Shown: piece by piece, positions 1-11,286 of the stretch
Position numbering within the stretch: position 1 is the stretch's first letter
Layout: each line of letters opens with the position of its first letter
Assembly: GCA_905178155.1 (NCBI GenBank)
Contig: CAJINV010000001.1
Coordinates: forward strand, 3,339,675 to 3,403,674
DNA length: 64,000 nucleotides
Direction: 5' to 3'
From: Amoebophrya sp. A120
Lineage: Eukaryota > Protista > Dinoflagellata
Made by a program: the position numbers and the translations under genes
The notes under the pieces: generated by a model
Database searches by the model: none
Seen by the model: only the letters and a program-made list of their open reading frames with translations
Told to the model about the DNA's origin: nothing

Positions 1-56
1 TTCAAAATTTGGAAAGTGAGAAGCCACTTATCGAAATTTGAAAAGAATCCTCCTTG

Positions 57-95
57 CTAAAGAAAGTGCTGACGCGGTGCAGTGCAGGTTCTTGT
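57..95. repeat. 39-bp conserved motif, copy 1 (CTAAAGAAAGTGCTGACGCGGTGCAGTGCAGGTTCTTGT)
   Basis: Identical to 1377-1415 and 2617-2655. Confidence 0.95.
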
Positions 96-1376
96 TATGC
101 TGTAACAAAATACAAAACGCGCATTTTCGTTTTTCGATTTTTCGAAACAAAAACCTGAAAAAACACTTTTTAAATGCGATTTGCGAAACCGATTTTCGGG
201 CGCGCCGGGAGCCCAAAAAAATGACGCGCCAAAGCGCCACCCCTCCGCGGCAAAAAACGCCGCAGTTCCGAGGACTCTGGCACCTATCCGAGACCTCCGG
301 GCCCGCACCATTCGAAGGCATTCCCTGCGCTTCAGCTTCCTGGCTTGCGACCAAAAGCAAGCCGTGGCAACACCCTGAAAGCACAGCTCCGGGGGTGATT
401 CAAAGCCGCTTCACTTGCCGCAGGCTGCGCCCCCATTCCTGAAGTTGCGCGCCCTGCTGCACGGGCCCGCCGTTTGGCGCGCCATCTTGTCCCGGGGCGG
501 CGCCGGCGCGCGACGCCCCATCGAGAAACAACGGCCGCCCCAAGCAAAACGCCCGGGGCCCAGTCGATGCCGAGCACCCCGGCCGATGGCGGTGCCGATT
601 CGGGGCCCACAAGAGAAGAGATGCCGCGGGCCGGGCGCTGTTTCGCCTCCATTTCCGCCCCTGCCCTTGCGAGTTTCCTGGGCGCCCCCCGCTTCTTTGT
701 TTCCTGCCCCCCTGCCTTCGTGGCGCACAAGGTGGCGCGGGGCCGGGGGCCGGGCCGCTTTTCGATGCGCCCGGGCCGCGCGGGCTTGGGATTGCTAACG
801 GCACGGGTGGCGCGGCGGCTTCGTCGCTACCCCCGCCCGCCCCTTCCGAATGAAAAAAGGCAGCGCGGCTGTTTGCGCCGCCTGCGGCCTTGTCGCGAGT
901 ATTTCTTCTGCCCCGGTGGGGCTGCGCATTGTGGGGGCCGGGCGGCCGGGGGCCACCTCCTTTGTCCCGGCGGCCACAGCGTTCTCCCCGGGGCCTTGGT
1001 GTTTTTGCGCCCCGGCCGGCCCACCGAAAGAGAAGCCACTGCGCGTAGCGCCGGAGCCGTGGCCCCGCCATGCCGGGCCGCGGCCCCCCGCGGGGCGGCT
1101 GCCTGTTTGGCGGCAACACGGCAGGCAGACAAACAAAAGCCCTTCCGGCGCCAGCCTTCGGGGCGGGGGGCTCGCTCAAGAATACCAAGCAAGGCCGCGC
1201 GCAACCTGCTCGGGGGGCCCTCTCCAAGGGCGCGCCGTCAAGCCGCCTGCGCAGAACCAAGATAGACGAAACAAGCCGGCGCGCCCTGCACAATGCCGAA
1301 GACATTGGGGGGGAGGCGAAGTCAAGTGGCGCAGCAACATCGGCCGGCGCCGGGGGGGCTTGGCGTGAAAAAAAAA

Positions 1377-1415
1377 CTAAAGAAAGTGCTGACGCGGTGC
1401 AGTGCAGGTTCTTGT
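1377..1415. repeat. 39-bp conserved motif, copy 2
   Basis: Exact direct repeat, 1320 bp after copy 1. Confidence 0.95.
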
Positions 1416-2616
1416 ATGGCGCGCTTAAAGTCGCGTTTTCAAAAGTCATAGTTTTTTTTTTTTGCTAGTCTTCAGGCATTGGCGCCGATTTTAATGCCCT
1501 GCCGATATGAGAATAGGGTCGCCCGAGCTGGCGCGCATAAATGCGATAGCACTGAGCCCCAGGAAGGCAATTCGGACGGGGCGCAAAAGAATGCCTCGCC
1601 GCGATCCTTCGTGGCGCATTCCGCGATGCAATTTCGAAAACCCCGGGGCCGCTTCGCCTCCCCCCGCCGCCCAAAGTTCTGAGCAAACAAAGGAAAGGCG
1701 GCGCGTCGCGGCTTAATAGCCGAGCCCCGCCAAAATCTGGCGCACTTGCATGTAGTCCCACCGAGGCCCGGAAAGGCCCGGCCGCCCCACATGCGCCGCT
1801 CAGCTTGGTTCTGCTTGTCAGCCGGGGCGCTGGGGCCTGCATGAGGGCGGATACCAATGCCGCCACGCGCCCCACCGGCAAGATGCGCCTCGCGGCCGCC
1901 TCATGAGCCAGGCGCGCCGGCAAGGCGAGGCCGGCCCCTTCGTGGCGGGCCACAGAAGGCCACGGCGGCGACGCCCTTTAAACAGGAAGCGCGCAGCCGC
2001 CGGCTGCGCCAAGTAGCGGTGGCGCCTTCCGGTCGGCGAATATTCCGAATTCCGCCAAGCAACCGGCGGATGGCCAATATGCCATCAAGCCACCCCAATC
2101 GACCCGGGGCCCGAGATTATGTGGCCCCGACGACCTTCGCTGGTGTCCTTCCGGGGCAACCTCCGCCGGCCCCATTCCGGAGGCCTCTTAAGAGGCCTCC
2201 TTGGGGGGCCTAGTTAGCTCGGGATTGCATGAAATCCAGGGGGGGTGATCCGGAGGCCATCCGGGCCGCCATTGTGGCCCACCAAGGGTTGCCCCAAAGG
2301 CCTCCGAAAGCGGCCCCAATGAGATGGCTTCAGAATGGCGCTTCGAATGGGCGCCCAATTTGGGGCGCTGGCGAGCCGGGGCTTGCAGGGGGGCTTTTTA
2401 GGCCGGCGGCCCTGGCTGGTTCGGGCGGGCGGGGCGGTTCGGAGGGATTTTGGGGCGGCCTAGCCTTGGGGCCGCGCCTCCGATGCTAGACTACAGGGGC
2501 CACGCCGCAACAGGGAAAACACCGCACGCGCGGCAGCAGCCTGTCTCGGCGGGGAGTCGCGGCAAGGGCCTTGCCGTGGTTGGAAGGCGATCAAAATGGC
2601 AGAGGCGATGCAGGTG

Positions 2617-2655
2617 CTAAAGAAAGTGCTGACGCGGTGCAGTGCAGGTTCTTGT
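2617..2655. repeat. 39-bp conserved motif, copy 3; boundary of the GC-rich array
   Basis: Exact direct repeat, 1240 bp after copy 2; composition returns to ordinary intergenic sequence immediately after it. Confidence 0.95.
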
Positions 2656-3338
2656 ACGATCGATTTATATCGGGCACAAGGGAGATCATGTACCTCTTGC
2701 CATACATCCTCTTCAATTTATTCGATCTTTTTTTTCTTCGCAGACAATAGCAATACATAATCCACCGTGGGAGCTACTTTTTACTAATTTTGTTTTTCCA
2801 TGACAAAAATGAACTTCAGACGATAAACAAGAACTCGACGAAGGCTTTCAATGGGATACGTGACGGACCCGAGCAAGAACTCGCTCGCTTCTTCGTCCAC
2901 ACCTGCCGGGCGTGTGGCCGACGGCGCATCTGCAGCACTCCTTTCTCGGTCAACATCGCTCGGCCCGCCATCTCGCGCGGTGGACCGGCCCCCGGGGATG
3001 GGCCCTCCAGAATTCGACCGAAGCAGGCCGGGTAACGAAGCTGCAGCAGCTATACCGTGGAAAAATGTCCACCCAAGAACGACCCTGAAGTTTTCATGCT
3101 TCGAATCAGCTCTGCCGCGCAAGAACCTTTGTTTCGGCCTGCCATGCGTTTGCGATTTTCATTTTTCGGCAGTACCAGTAGCAGTATGTAAATAGAAATG
3201 TATGATTGACAATAATAAAGCCACCTGCTCAGCCTCCTGGTATACGTACCGTAAAATTCAATCATACGAAGAAAAAACGAAAAAGCGACTAGAGGACGCC
3301 GCTCAACGTGCGGAGGCACATCTACACGAAGCATGAAA

Positions 3339-6300
3339 TCAGTAAGGCACAGGACCACGACGAGGGACATTTCTACGCGAGATAGCAGCACGCTGACCGG
3401 GGAAGACAATGGGCGACGTTATTTGTTGCGCTCCCAGTCCCACATTGACGAGCGGCTCGAAAGGTATCACCGACCCACCCTCGCCCGTCGTGGAATCGAT
3501 ACTCATTGCAGATATTACAGACAGCCGTTCCTTATTTTGCATTTTTCCTGTCTCCGCTACGTCATAGCCTCCCTCCGTAGCGCGCAAGTCATCTGCCTGA
3601 TTCTGGTTAGTCCCTTCCGCGTGTTCCCACGGCGTCAAAAAAAGTGCCTCTTGCTCGTCTGCGCCGTCGCTTGGCCCACCAGTTGTACTACCCACCACCG
3701 CCTTAGACGAGGAGCCCTTGTTCTCGCGGGCCGAAGCCGGGCGGTAATAGCTGCCTCCGGGGAGGTAGTCGCGCAACCTACGGTGCTCGCGCATCAGGGC
3801 TGTGTAAACTAACGTGTCCCACACGTTTCTTGGCAAGTCAAGCTCGCGTCGGACGTCCCGGTACACCGCATCGCTGCGCAGAGTGTTTACCGACAAGTAC
3901 AGCGGCGGCAGGTCGTTCTCACTCGGGGTTTCCCTGCTTTTGGTGCGCAACCTAGCTCTCTCTCGCAACGCCTTCTCCTGGGTCGATGACCTCTTCATGA
4001 ATGAGACAGTGCCTATCGTGTTGACCTGCTTCTCTTCCTTACTCTGGAGCGATTCGCGCAGCGCCGGAAGCTGCGCAAGAACCGAGATAGTACTATCGTT
4101 CCCGCGCTCGTCCTTCGACAGAGCTGTCGGCGTCTTTAATAACGGATGATCTCCGTCTGGACCCCCGCCCTTTGGCCGCTCTTTATCACGGTTGATGCGG
4201 AGGCTTTCGTTGATGAGCGCCACGGACTGGAGCTCCTGGCTTCTCGTTCTTTCGTCCTCAAGCGCCAGCCGCTGCGCCTGGTGTAGTACCTCGTCGGGCT
4301 CCCCGTACAAAATCAACCACCGCTGTGCCAGTTCCATGACTTTCGACACCTCGTGGCCGCCGCGCGACCTATCCCGCGCGAAAACGTGCCCGCCCGCCCA
4401 CAGTCAACATCTTCAAGAGAGGAGCTCTACTCAATGATCAAGCCATTCCCATTCATGATCGGCGACTGGCGTGGACCTAGTACCTCATGACAAAATCTTA
4501 TTCTCGTTGTCCTGTGATTCAAAAGCAGAAGCACGCAGAAGCAGAATGAATGTAATGGATACCATTCATCACGCGGAGCGGAGCAAATGCTGCGTTCCGA
4601 GTACACGACCACGAGGACGCGACAATCTGCATTTTCTACATGCCAAGTATCGTCGAACTGTATAGAATAGATGACTTCCTGTGAGCGAAGATCGGACAAC
4701 TTTTTTCACATGGGATAAAACTCGGTGAGCACGTAGTGCATGGTATCCGCCGCAATGCCAATTAGTTGGTTGGTCACCAGGATGGCGCAAAAAACGCAGT
4801 GCAGCAGCGCCATCCAGCCCAGGAAGGGGGCGTTGTCGAAGAGGTCGTGGATGATACGGAAGGAGTCGTCCGTGAACAGCATGCTGGTCAATGTCAACAC
4901 TGTATGGAAGTAGCTCTTGAACTCCAGCTGCAGTTCGTAATCTTGGCGGTACTCGTACTCGGCCGCCCACAGTGACGCAGTGTGCACCGCCGGCCCTCCC
5001 GGCACTCCGGACAGGTCGTACGACTCCGGCCCGGGGCTAAACGTGCCGAAGGGCAGATACTCCTGCATGTACACCCGAAAGATCGACGCCTGCACCACAA
5101 TCTCCACCGCGACGAACAGCAACACCATGCGCATCGCGATGGTCGCTTGGTACACCACCGTGAACTGCTCCCGCATCTCGGTCCACCGCAGCAGCTTCAG
5201 GAAGCGCACGATGCGGAGCACCCCGATGCCGAAAAGCCGCCCCTCGTCAAAAACGCGCGGCCACACGAACAAAGCCAACGCGTGCTCGGCGGTCATCGTG
5301 AAGTCGAGCCAGTTACTGGCGACCGTGCCCTCCAGGAGCCAGCGCGCCGGGTTCCGGTAGGAGCTGACCCGGACGGCCAGCTCCAGCACGAACAGAATGA
5401 AGAAACTCAGGTCGATGTACCACCAAAGCGCGCCCCAATCACTGTTGTGCTCGTGGCTGCTCTATCAAATGCAAATATGTATGGGTCTGGAAACTTGTGA
5501 TGCTAAAATGTGCATGATGGAAACACTTCCGAATGTAGCCCAGCATGACAACTTTCCGGAGCGCTTTCTCATAGGCAGTCCGCATGAGAAACTACGTTTT
5601 TGCATGACAAAAATGGCTACGGCTTTTGTCGGTTGTGCAATACAGATTTTCCAGGAATGTTGTAAAGCTAGCATTACAAGTTCCAACTTTCCAGACCCAG
5701 ACATTTTTGCAATCCATATGCTCGACCCGAGGAAGATGATGTAATTGAAGACGATGAACACGAAGGCGGCGTCGAAGTACCGGTTCATCAGAAGTTTAGT
5801 GGCCCACTTGTCCGCGTCCAGCCCTTGCTCCTCGTACAGCTTCGCCCTGAGCCCCGTTCTGCCGCACAGCCGGTCGTACACGTCACGGGAGTCCTTCTCG
5901 CGCGCCGTGTCCTCAAACTCGGCGTTGAAGACGCGTTCCGAGGCGTTGTCGGCCGAGGCAAAGTCGCCCACCGGCAGTTCGTGCATCAAGGCCGACGTCT
6001 GCACGCGCTTCCGCAGCATGGCGTCGAACGTATCGAAAGCGCCGGCCAAAAATGCACGCCGCCCGCCCTGTTTGCGCGCAAAGACCTCCCTGCCGATACC
6101 CATCAAAGAGGAGCGCAGTCTGATCTCACCGTCCACACTGTTTCTACTCCCTGTGTCGCGCCGGGGGAAATCCACGTTGGGGGTGGGCACCCTCAAGTAC
6201 CGCGGACGTGGTGCAACATCTCCCGAAGGTGGTCGTGCCGGTGGAGTTAGGTCATCGCTGCTTCTCTGGCTCTGCTGCCGCTTGTTTAATATGTCTCTTT

Positions 6301-6760
6301 TCCTTATCCCCGTCGACCCAGTGGATCGCGGAAGCGAGATCATGTCTAGCCCAGCCTCGCTGGTTGTAGTTGCACTCCCCTCCGATTTCTGCTTCTGCAC
6401 GACTACCGGCGCATAACCCATCAACCCACTTTCGTCCTCCTGAAGAACCGCGGGAGAAAACTTTCGTTGGCTCGGCATTTGCTGCTCCATGTAGTCCGAG
6501 CCGCCGCTTGTATCCGCAGGAAAAGGAGCCATTGTTGCCTCGGACGTAACAGAGTAGATTTCACGCTTGTTCTTGAGCTTGTTCTTTCGGCCACGGTGGA
6601 TTAATAATTCGCCAGGGCTTCGATTTCTCTGCAGTTGTGCCGCCGGAGGTAACCCGGAGGACGTGGACCCAGATGTCAGCTCGGTGGAGCGCTGGGCACC
6701 CAGCATCTCGCGCGGGTCGTCCTCGCGCGACCTTTTCTTCGTCGAGCTCAGACGCCACAT
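3339..6760 (-). CDS. Single-domain 6TM cation channel (Ion_trans-like), multi-exon; 3' end uncertain
   Basis: ORFs 5465-6760 and 4706-5389 join in frame after removing element 5463-5718 (IFLGSS-SHEHNSDWGALWWYIDLSFFILFVLELAVR). S4-like GVLRIVRFLKLLR, pore-like FHTVLTLTSMLFTDDSF, S6-like AILVTNQLIGIAADTM. ORF 3339-4349 is the probable cytoplasmic tail. Confidence 0.7.
5463..5718. mobile_element. Introner/MITE family A (TIR ~TATCAAATGCAAATATGTCTGGGTCTGGAA)
   Basis: Imperfect TIR; direct repeat TGCTC at 5458-5462 and 5719-5723; frame restored on removal. Confidence 0.92.
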
Positions 6761-8119
6761 GGTCGTACGTCTTCAACTTGTTCAACTTCTTATTCGCCCT
6801 GTCCAGCGCCGATTCGCCTTCGCACCGCCCTTCCAGCGAGGACGTATTTATTAAGTATCTCGAGGATGTTGGGCAGGGTCTAAAAATACAGTAGGCAGGT
6901 CGAGGTGGTGGTCGTGGGGCAACTACTTAAGAAAACATCTAGTGGTCAGGGTTCTTGTTGTATGGGGAAAACTTCATGCTGGGTAGGTCATCGTGAAGCA
7001 GTAGCATGAGTGCAAGTAATTCAAAACGTAGTCGGGCAGAGAAGTCCTCCACCTCTATTGCCTAGCTAGCTTCTTCGCTGTGGGATTGATACACCTGTCT
7101 CCAGTAGTCACAGATTATGTAATCGGCGGCCCGCAGGCTAACACGTAAAACTAAAGTTGAAACTTACAACACAGGTACGAGGAACCAGCAGCTGAAGAAA
7201 CGACAAGTGCGGAGAGGAACGAAGCAAGAGCACATTGCCCAGGGATTGGACGACGACAACGACCACACCTGAATGAACGAAGAATTCACAATTAATCAAG
7301 ATGGACGAAGAATTCACGAAGGACGACGGCCACAAGCGGGGAAAACACGAAAGCAGTTCTACGAATTAGTACTTAATTCGATTAAAAGTCCCCACAGAGA
7401 CTGAGACAGAACGAAAAAAACCAAATCGCCTTGTAGTCAGCGGTTTTTCCAAACTAGCGAGCAGCGCGGCACGATAATCCAATTCCAAAGATGAAGTAGT
7501 CACGACAGTTCGAATTCCAGTACGGCGGAAAGCCGGACTAGAGTATGAATGTAGTGCTGGTGCAGCATTAGTCGATATAGTGAATTTGCAAGACTTAGTA
7601 CGCGTCGAAAGGTCTGTACAAGAACTCCGTGAACGTCGCGGGGACGAGATGCCGCTGTTCCCCAGCAGGGGGAGCAGGTCTTCATCTTCTTGCCTTTCTT
7701 AATTTTCTGCAAAATAAAGAACATTAATTTCACCGCTTCCCGCCTCTGTACCTGGTGGTGTCAAAAAACTTCACAATGCCGAGCCACAAGCCGTCCAGCT
7801 TCTCATCGGGCGCACAGAACAAACTCGTAAGTTGTCCTCCGACTTCTTTGTAGAGGTCGATACACTTGTATCAGAGTGCACAACGAGCTACTTACCCCCC
7901 CAATTCGAAAGGCACAAAGAGCAACAGAATGAAGATGAGAAATGCAACTTCTGCAAATGAAAGACCCACTTATGAATTTTCACTGCGGTAGTTGAGGACT
8001 TTCTCAACCTGGGCAATCCGTGTTGAACAAACGGAGAAGTGCTTGTAAGACTAAGAGCATCTTCGAGCAGCTGCACCAAATACAATCGGAAGCAATAATG
8101 CACAGTTTCTCTTGTTGCG

Positions 8120-10740
8120 TGAAATTCAAATTTGGGACAGTAGACGAGTTGTGCACTGCGATACCAGGTACCCGTAGTACCACAGCAGCCGCTATGCCCT
8201 GCAAATATGTCTGGGTCTGGGAGATTTTGAGACTTTTCATGCACGTTTTGCATGAGCCATGATGTCTGTGATACATGCCGTAGCATCACAGATTTTTTGC
8301 GGCGTTCTTGATGCGTATTCCGCATGACAAATGCCCTCTCCGCGTAGCAAAAATTACATTCCCTTTGCTGCTCATGCAATACAGATTTTTTTTGGAATCC
8401 AAATGCAGCATCACAAGTTGCATTCTTCCAGACCCAGACATATTTGCACTCCATAGCCGCGTGACGGCGGAGGAAACTTCGGTTTCCGGGCGGAACCGCG
8501 CGGAGAGCTTGTTGTTGATCAGGTCGAGTAAGTGCGGCCTCTCGGTGACGTTCAGCGGTGGACCCGCCCGGGTCTCCTCGCTGTCTTCCACAAACAGCAA
8601 CGGCCGGTGGTACTGCAGGATGGCGCGCGCGCCCTCGAGAAGCGGGACCTCCATTTTCTCCACGTCGATTTTGATCAAGTACACTCTGTTCGGGATATCC
8701 CGAGTACAAACGTCCAGAACTACCCAGAGTTGTCACGTAAATCAGCATGCCTACAATGTTTCTCATGCGCTGCCCAATGAGAAGCATTTTCTAGTTGTGT
8801 TTTGAATTTTGTCATGCTTCAAATCAGGATAGGATGCTCGAGGAGGTTTGTTGCTTCTACTAGCTCTTGCACACGGCTACATTGCGACGAAGAGCCTAAT
8901 CTTGTCATGCGCAACAACCAAAACTTGTTGATTTGTGTAGCAGATTTTCCATCTTGACTGTGGGTCGTTGGGGACGTTCGTTGTTACACATGATACGGGA
9001 ACCTGCGAAAGTAGTCGTCCAGAGGCTTGATCTCGATTTCCTCTTCATATTCCTTCTCCGTCTCAATCATCATCAGGTTGTCCGTGGCCGCCACGGACGA
9101 CTTGGTATGCATCGCAGAAGTATCGCAGTCGGAGTCGCACTAGTAGCAATCGCATTACAAATTTTTCCAACAACAAAAATGGAGTTTGTCATGCCGGAGA
9201 AGGTATTAAAGAAAGATGTTTCATCTTTCTCATGCAATAATGCCACTAAGTACAACGACGAGTACGATACTTTTGCACGACAGGATACTTGGCCGGGTTG
9301 GACAGCTTGTTCAAATTCGGCATGGGCAGCTTATCAAATGCAAAAATGTCTGGGTCTGGAAGATGACGAGATTTGTCATGCTAGTCTGGCATGACTCTGC
9401 AGTTTGTATTGCGTGGCCACGAAGAGCTCCTTCTCCCTGTCATGCAAAAACGCAGCTTCTCATGCGGAGTACGCAACTCAGAACCATGAAAAAAACTTGT
9501 CATGCTTGGCAGCGTATTACAGTGAGTTGACTATTCCCTTCCTTGCATCACAAGTTTCCAGACCCAGACACTTTTGCAGTTGATACAGCTTCACTCGCTC
9601 GTATTCCTTGCCAAGTCCGTGCTGGAAGGTTTGCACATTCAACAACCCGTTCAGCGCGACGTTGGCGGTCAAGTGCTGGAACAGAACGCGGAAGGGCTCG
9701 AACGCAAACACCATGCCGTTCCTGCCGACCCGTTTCGCGAAGGGCAGGGTGAAGCCCCCGATGTTGGCCCCGGCGTCCACCACGACCGAGTCCTCGGGGA
9801 GGAAGGCGCGCAGCAGCTCCACCTCCACCGGCATCCACGTGCCGTCGACCAGAAACGTGTTGCCCACGTAGGCGTCCAGGGCGGGGAAGGAGAACTTCCG
9901 CAGCCCGGGATGGTGCACCGTGGCCGTCGGGTAGTGCCAGCCCGCCACGTCGAACGGCTCGAACCCGGGCTCCACGTAGCCGCGGAGGGAGAGCTCCGGG
10001 TCCGGGGACCGGAGAACCTTCAGACACCCGGTCACGGCGTTCGTAATCGGGTCGTCCTGGCCCAGGCGCTGGACCATGGAAAATTCAAAGTGCCGCATCA
10101 GGTCCAGGCAGGTCGGGGGGAAATAGAGCTCCGCGCCGCAGCAGTTCTCCTGCGTGTACTTGTTCCCGTCCCAGCAGTGATTCATCTGCACGGAGTAGTG
10201 CATGGCGTTGCAGCACTTGCGAAAATTGAACCGCGGGTCCGCCCAGCAATCGAGATTCGGCCCGCCAAACAGATTTTCGTTGACCGTGAAAGTGTGCGTT
10301 TGATTCCGACCGCTCCGCTCGTCGAAAAGCGCCTGCAAAATGTGCGCTTCGGAAGTCCGCAAGGCTTTCGTGACAAAGCCGTCGCCGCGCTCGTTGGCCG
10401 ACGTCGGCGTCTTGCTGTGGTCATTGTACTGATGTGGAGCAGCAGCTCCGGGGGCGGAAGACGCTGCAGTAGAGGTGGCAGATTTAGTGTTTCTTTGCAG
10501 CAGCCCACTGACCGTTTTGGGAATCAGTAATACGCTTCGCCAAGACCACGGGCGACGTTTTCTTCTTCGGCCTTTGTTCCTCCTCTCCTTAATATCTGCT
10601 GGTGCTGGAAGAGACCTCGTTGTTGAAGATGTTGTAGCAACGTCCCCTAGAAGATGAATAAGTGACGCTGGGGAACAAGAAGGAGTCGTCCGCAAAGCCA
10701 CGAGATCATTGCAGTGCTCATGTTGAGTTTTCGTCGTCAT
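8120..10740 (-). CDS. FkbM-family (Methyltransf_21) SAM-dependent methyltransferase with N-terminal Cys-rich repeat; 3' end uncertain
   Basis: VVVDAGANIGGFT, VFAFEP and LIKIDVEKME motifs; exons join in frame across four elements (ERVKL-PMPNLNKLSNPAK-SSVAATD...DDYFRRFP-NRVYLIKIDVE). Confidence 0.85.
8193..8455. mobile_element. Introner family A
   Basis: TIR; direct repeat GCCGC. Confidence 0.9.
8696..8995. mobile_element. Introner family B (diverged; TIR ~TATCCTGAGTAAAAACGT)
   Basis: Degenerate TIR; direct repeat CGGGA; interior resembles 25538 and 31867; frame restored. Confidence 0.85.
9106..9287. mobile_element. Introner family G (single short copy, 182 bp)
   Basis: TAT...ATA ends; imperfect TIR around GCA(A/G)AAGTATCG; direct repeat CTTGG; frame restored. 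Confidence 0.8.
9332..9585. mobile_element. Introner family A
   Basis: TIR; direct repeat CAGCT. Confidence 0.92.
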
Positions 10741-11286
10741 TTCTAAAGTTCTGGAGAAGTGCACCTGGTGCATGAAATTTTTGTCCCATAAGAATGCACA
10801 GAACATTCTTTGGTCTTTGATCATCTTCGACGTTGCCTGCTTGCAACCCTTAAAAATCGGACCATCCTTGCAAACACCGAAACCCACCATTCTGACCGCG
10901 ACGGTAGAAATAACGCCCGGTTGACAAATTTTTGCTCGCTGACCCAGAAGGTGGACGAGGGAGGGCAACTTTTACCAACATCGAAATTGCTATTGCACGT
11001 GTAAAGGCCTAAGCGCCATGAAAGAATCAGTAGACCGTTCATTTGCTGGGTTCACAAGTAGCCCGTGTTCTTGGGCTCATCATTCACTAGGTACTTCTTT
11101 TCTTGATATCGTAACGGCGAAAAGAGAGACGCCTCGTGCTCGTCGTTTGATTTTGAAAAAGATAGAAGTATTGAGAAATCGAAATTGCAAGTGGTCTCGA
11201 CGTCCTCGTTAGATTTATTTCATCATTAGGTGTATTAAAACTGAGTACTCCTGATAGTGTAGCATCCTGCTCTCTTGCGAGCTTTT

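Noticed and set aside
28-2489. Many overlapping ORFs in the GC-rich left end
   Set aside because: Arg/Pro/Gly/Ala-rich in all frames with no motif; expected from high GC.
57-2655. CRISPR array (repeat length 39 bp, partly palindromic)
   Set aside because: Spacers are >1.2 kb, there are no cas genes and the context is eukaryotic.
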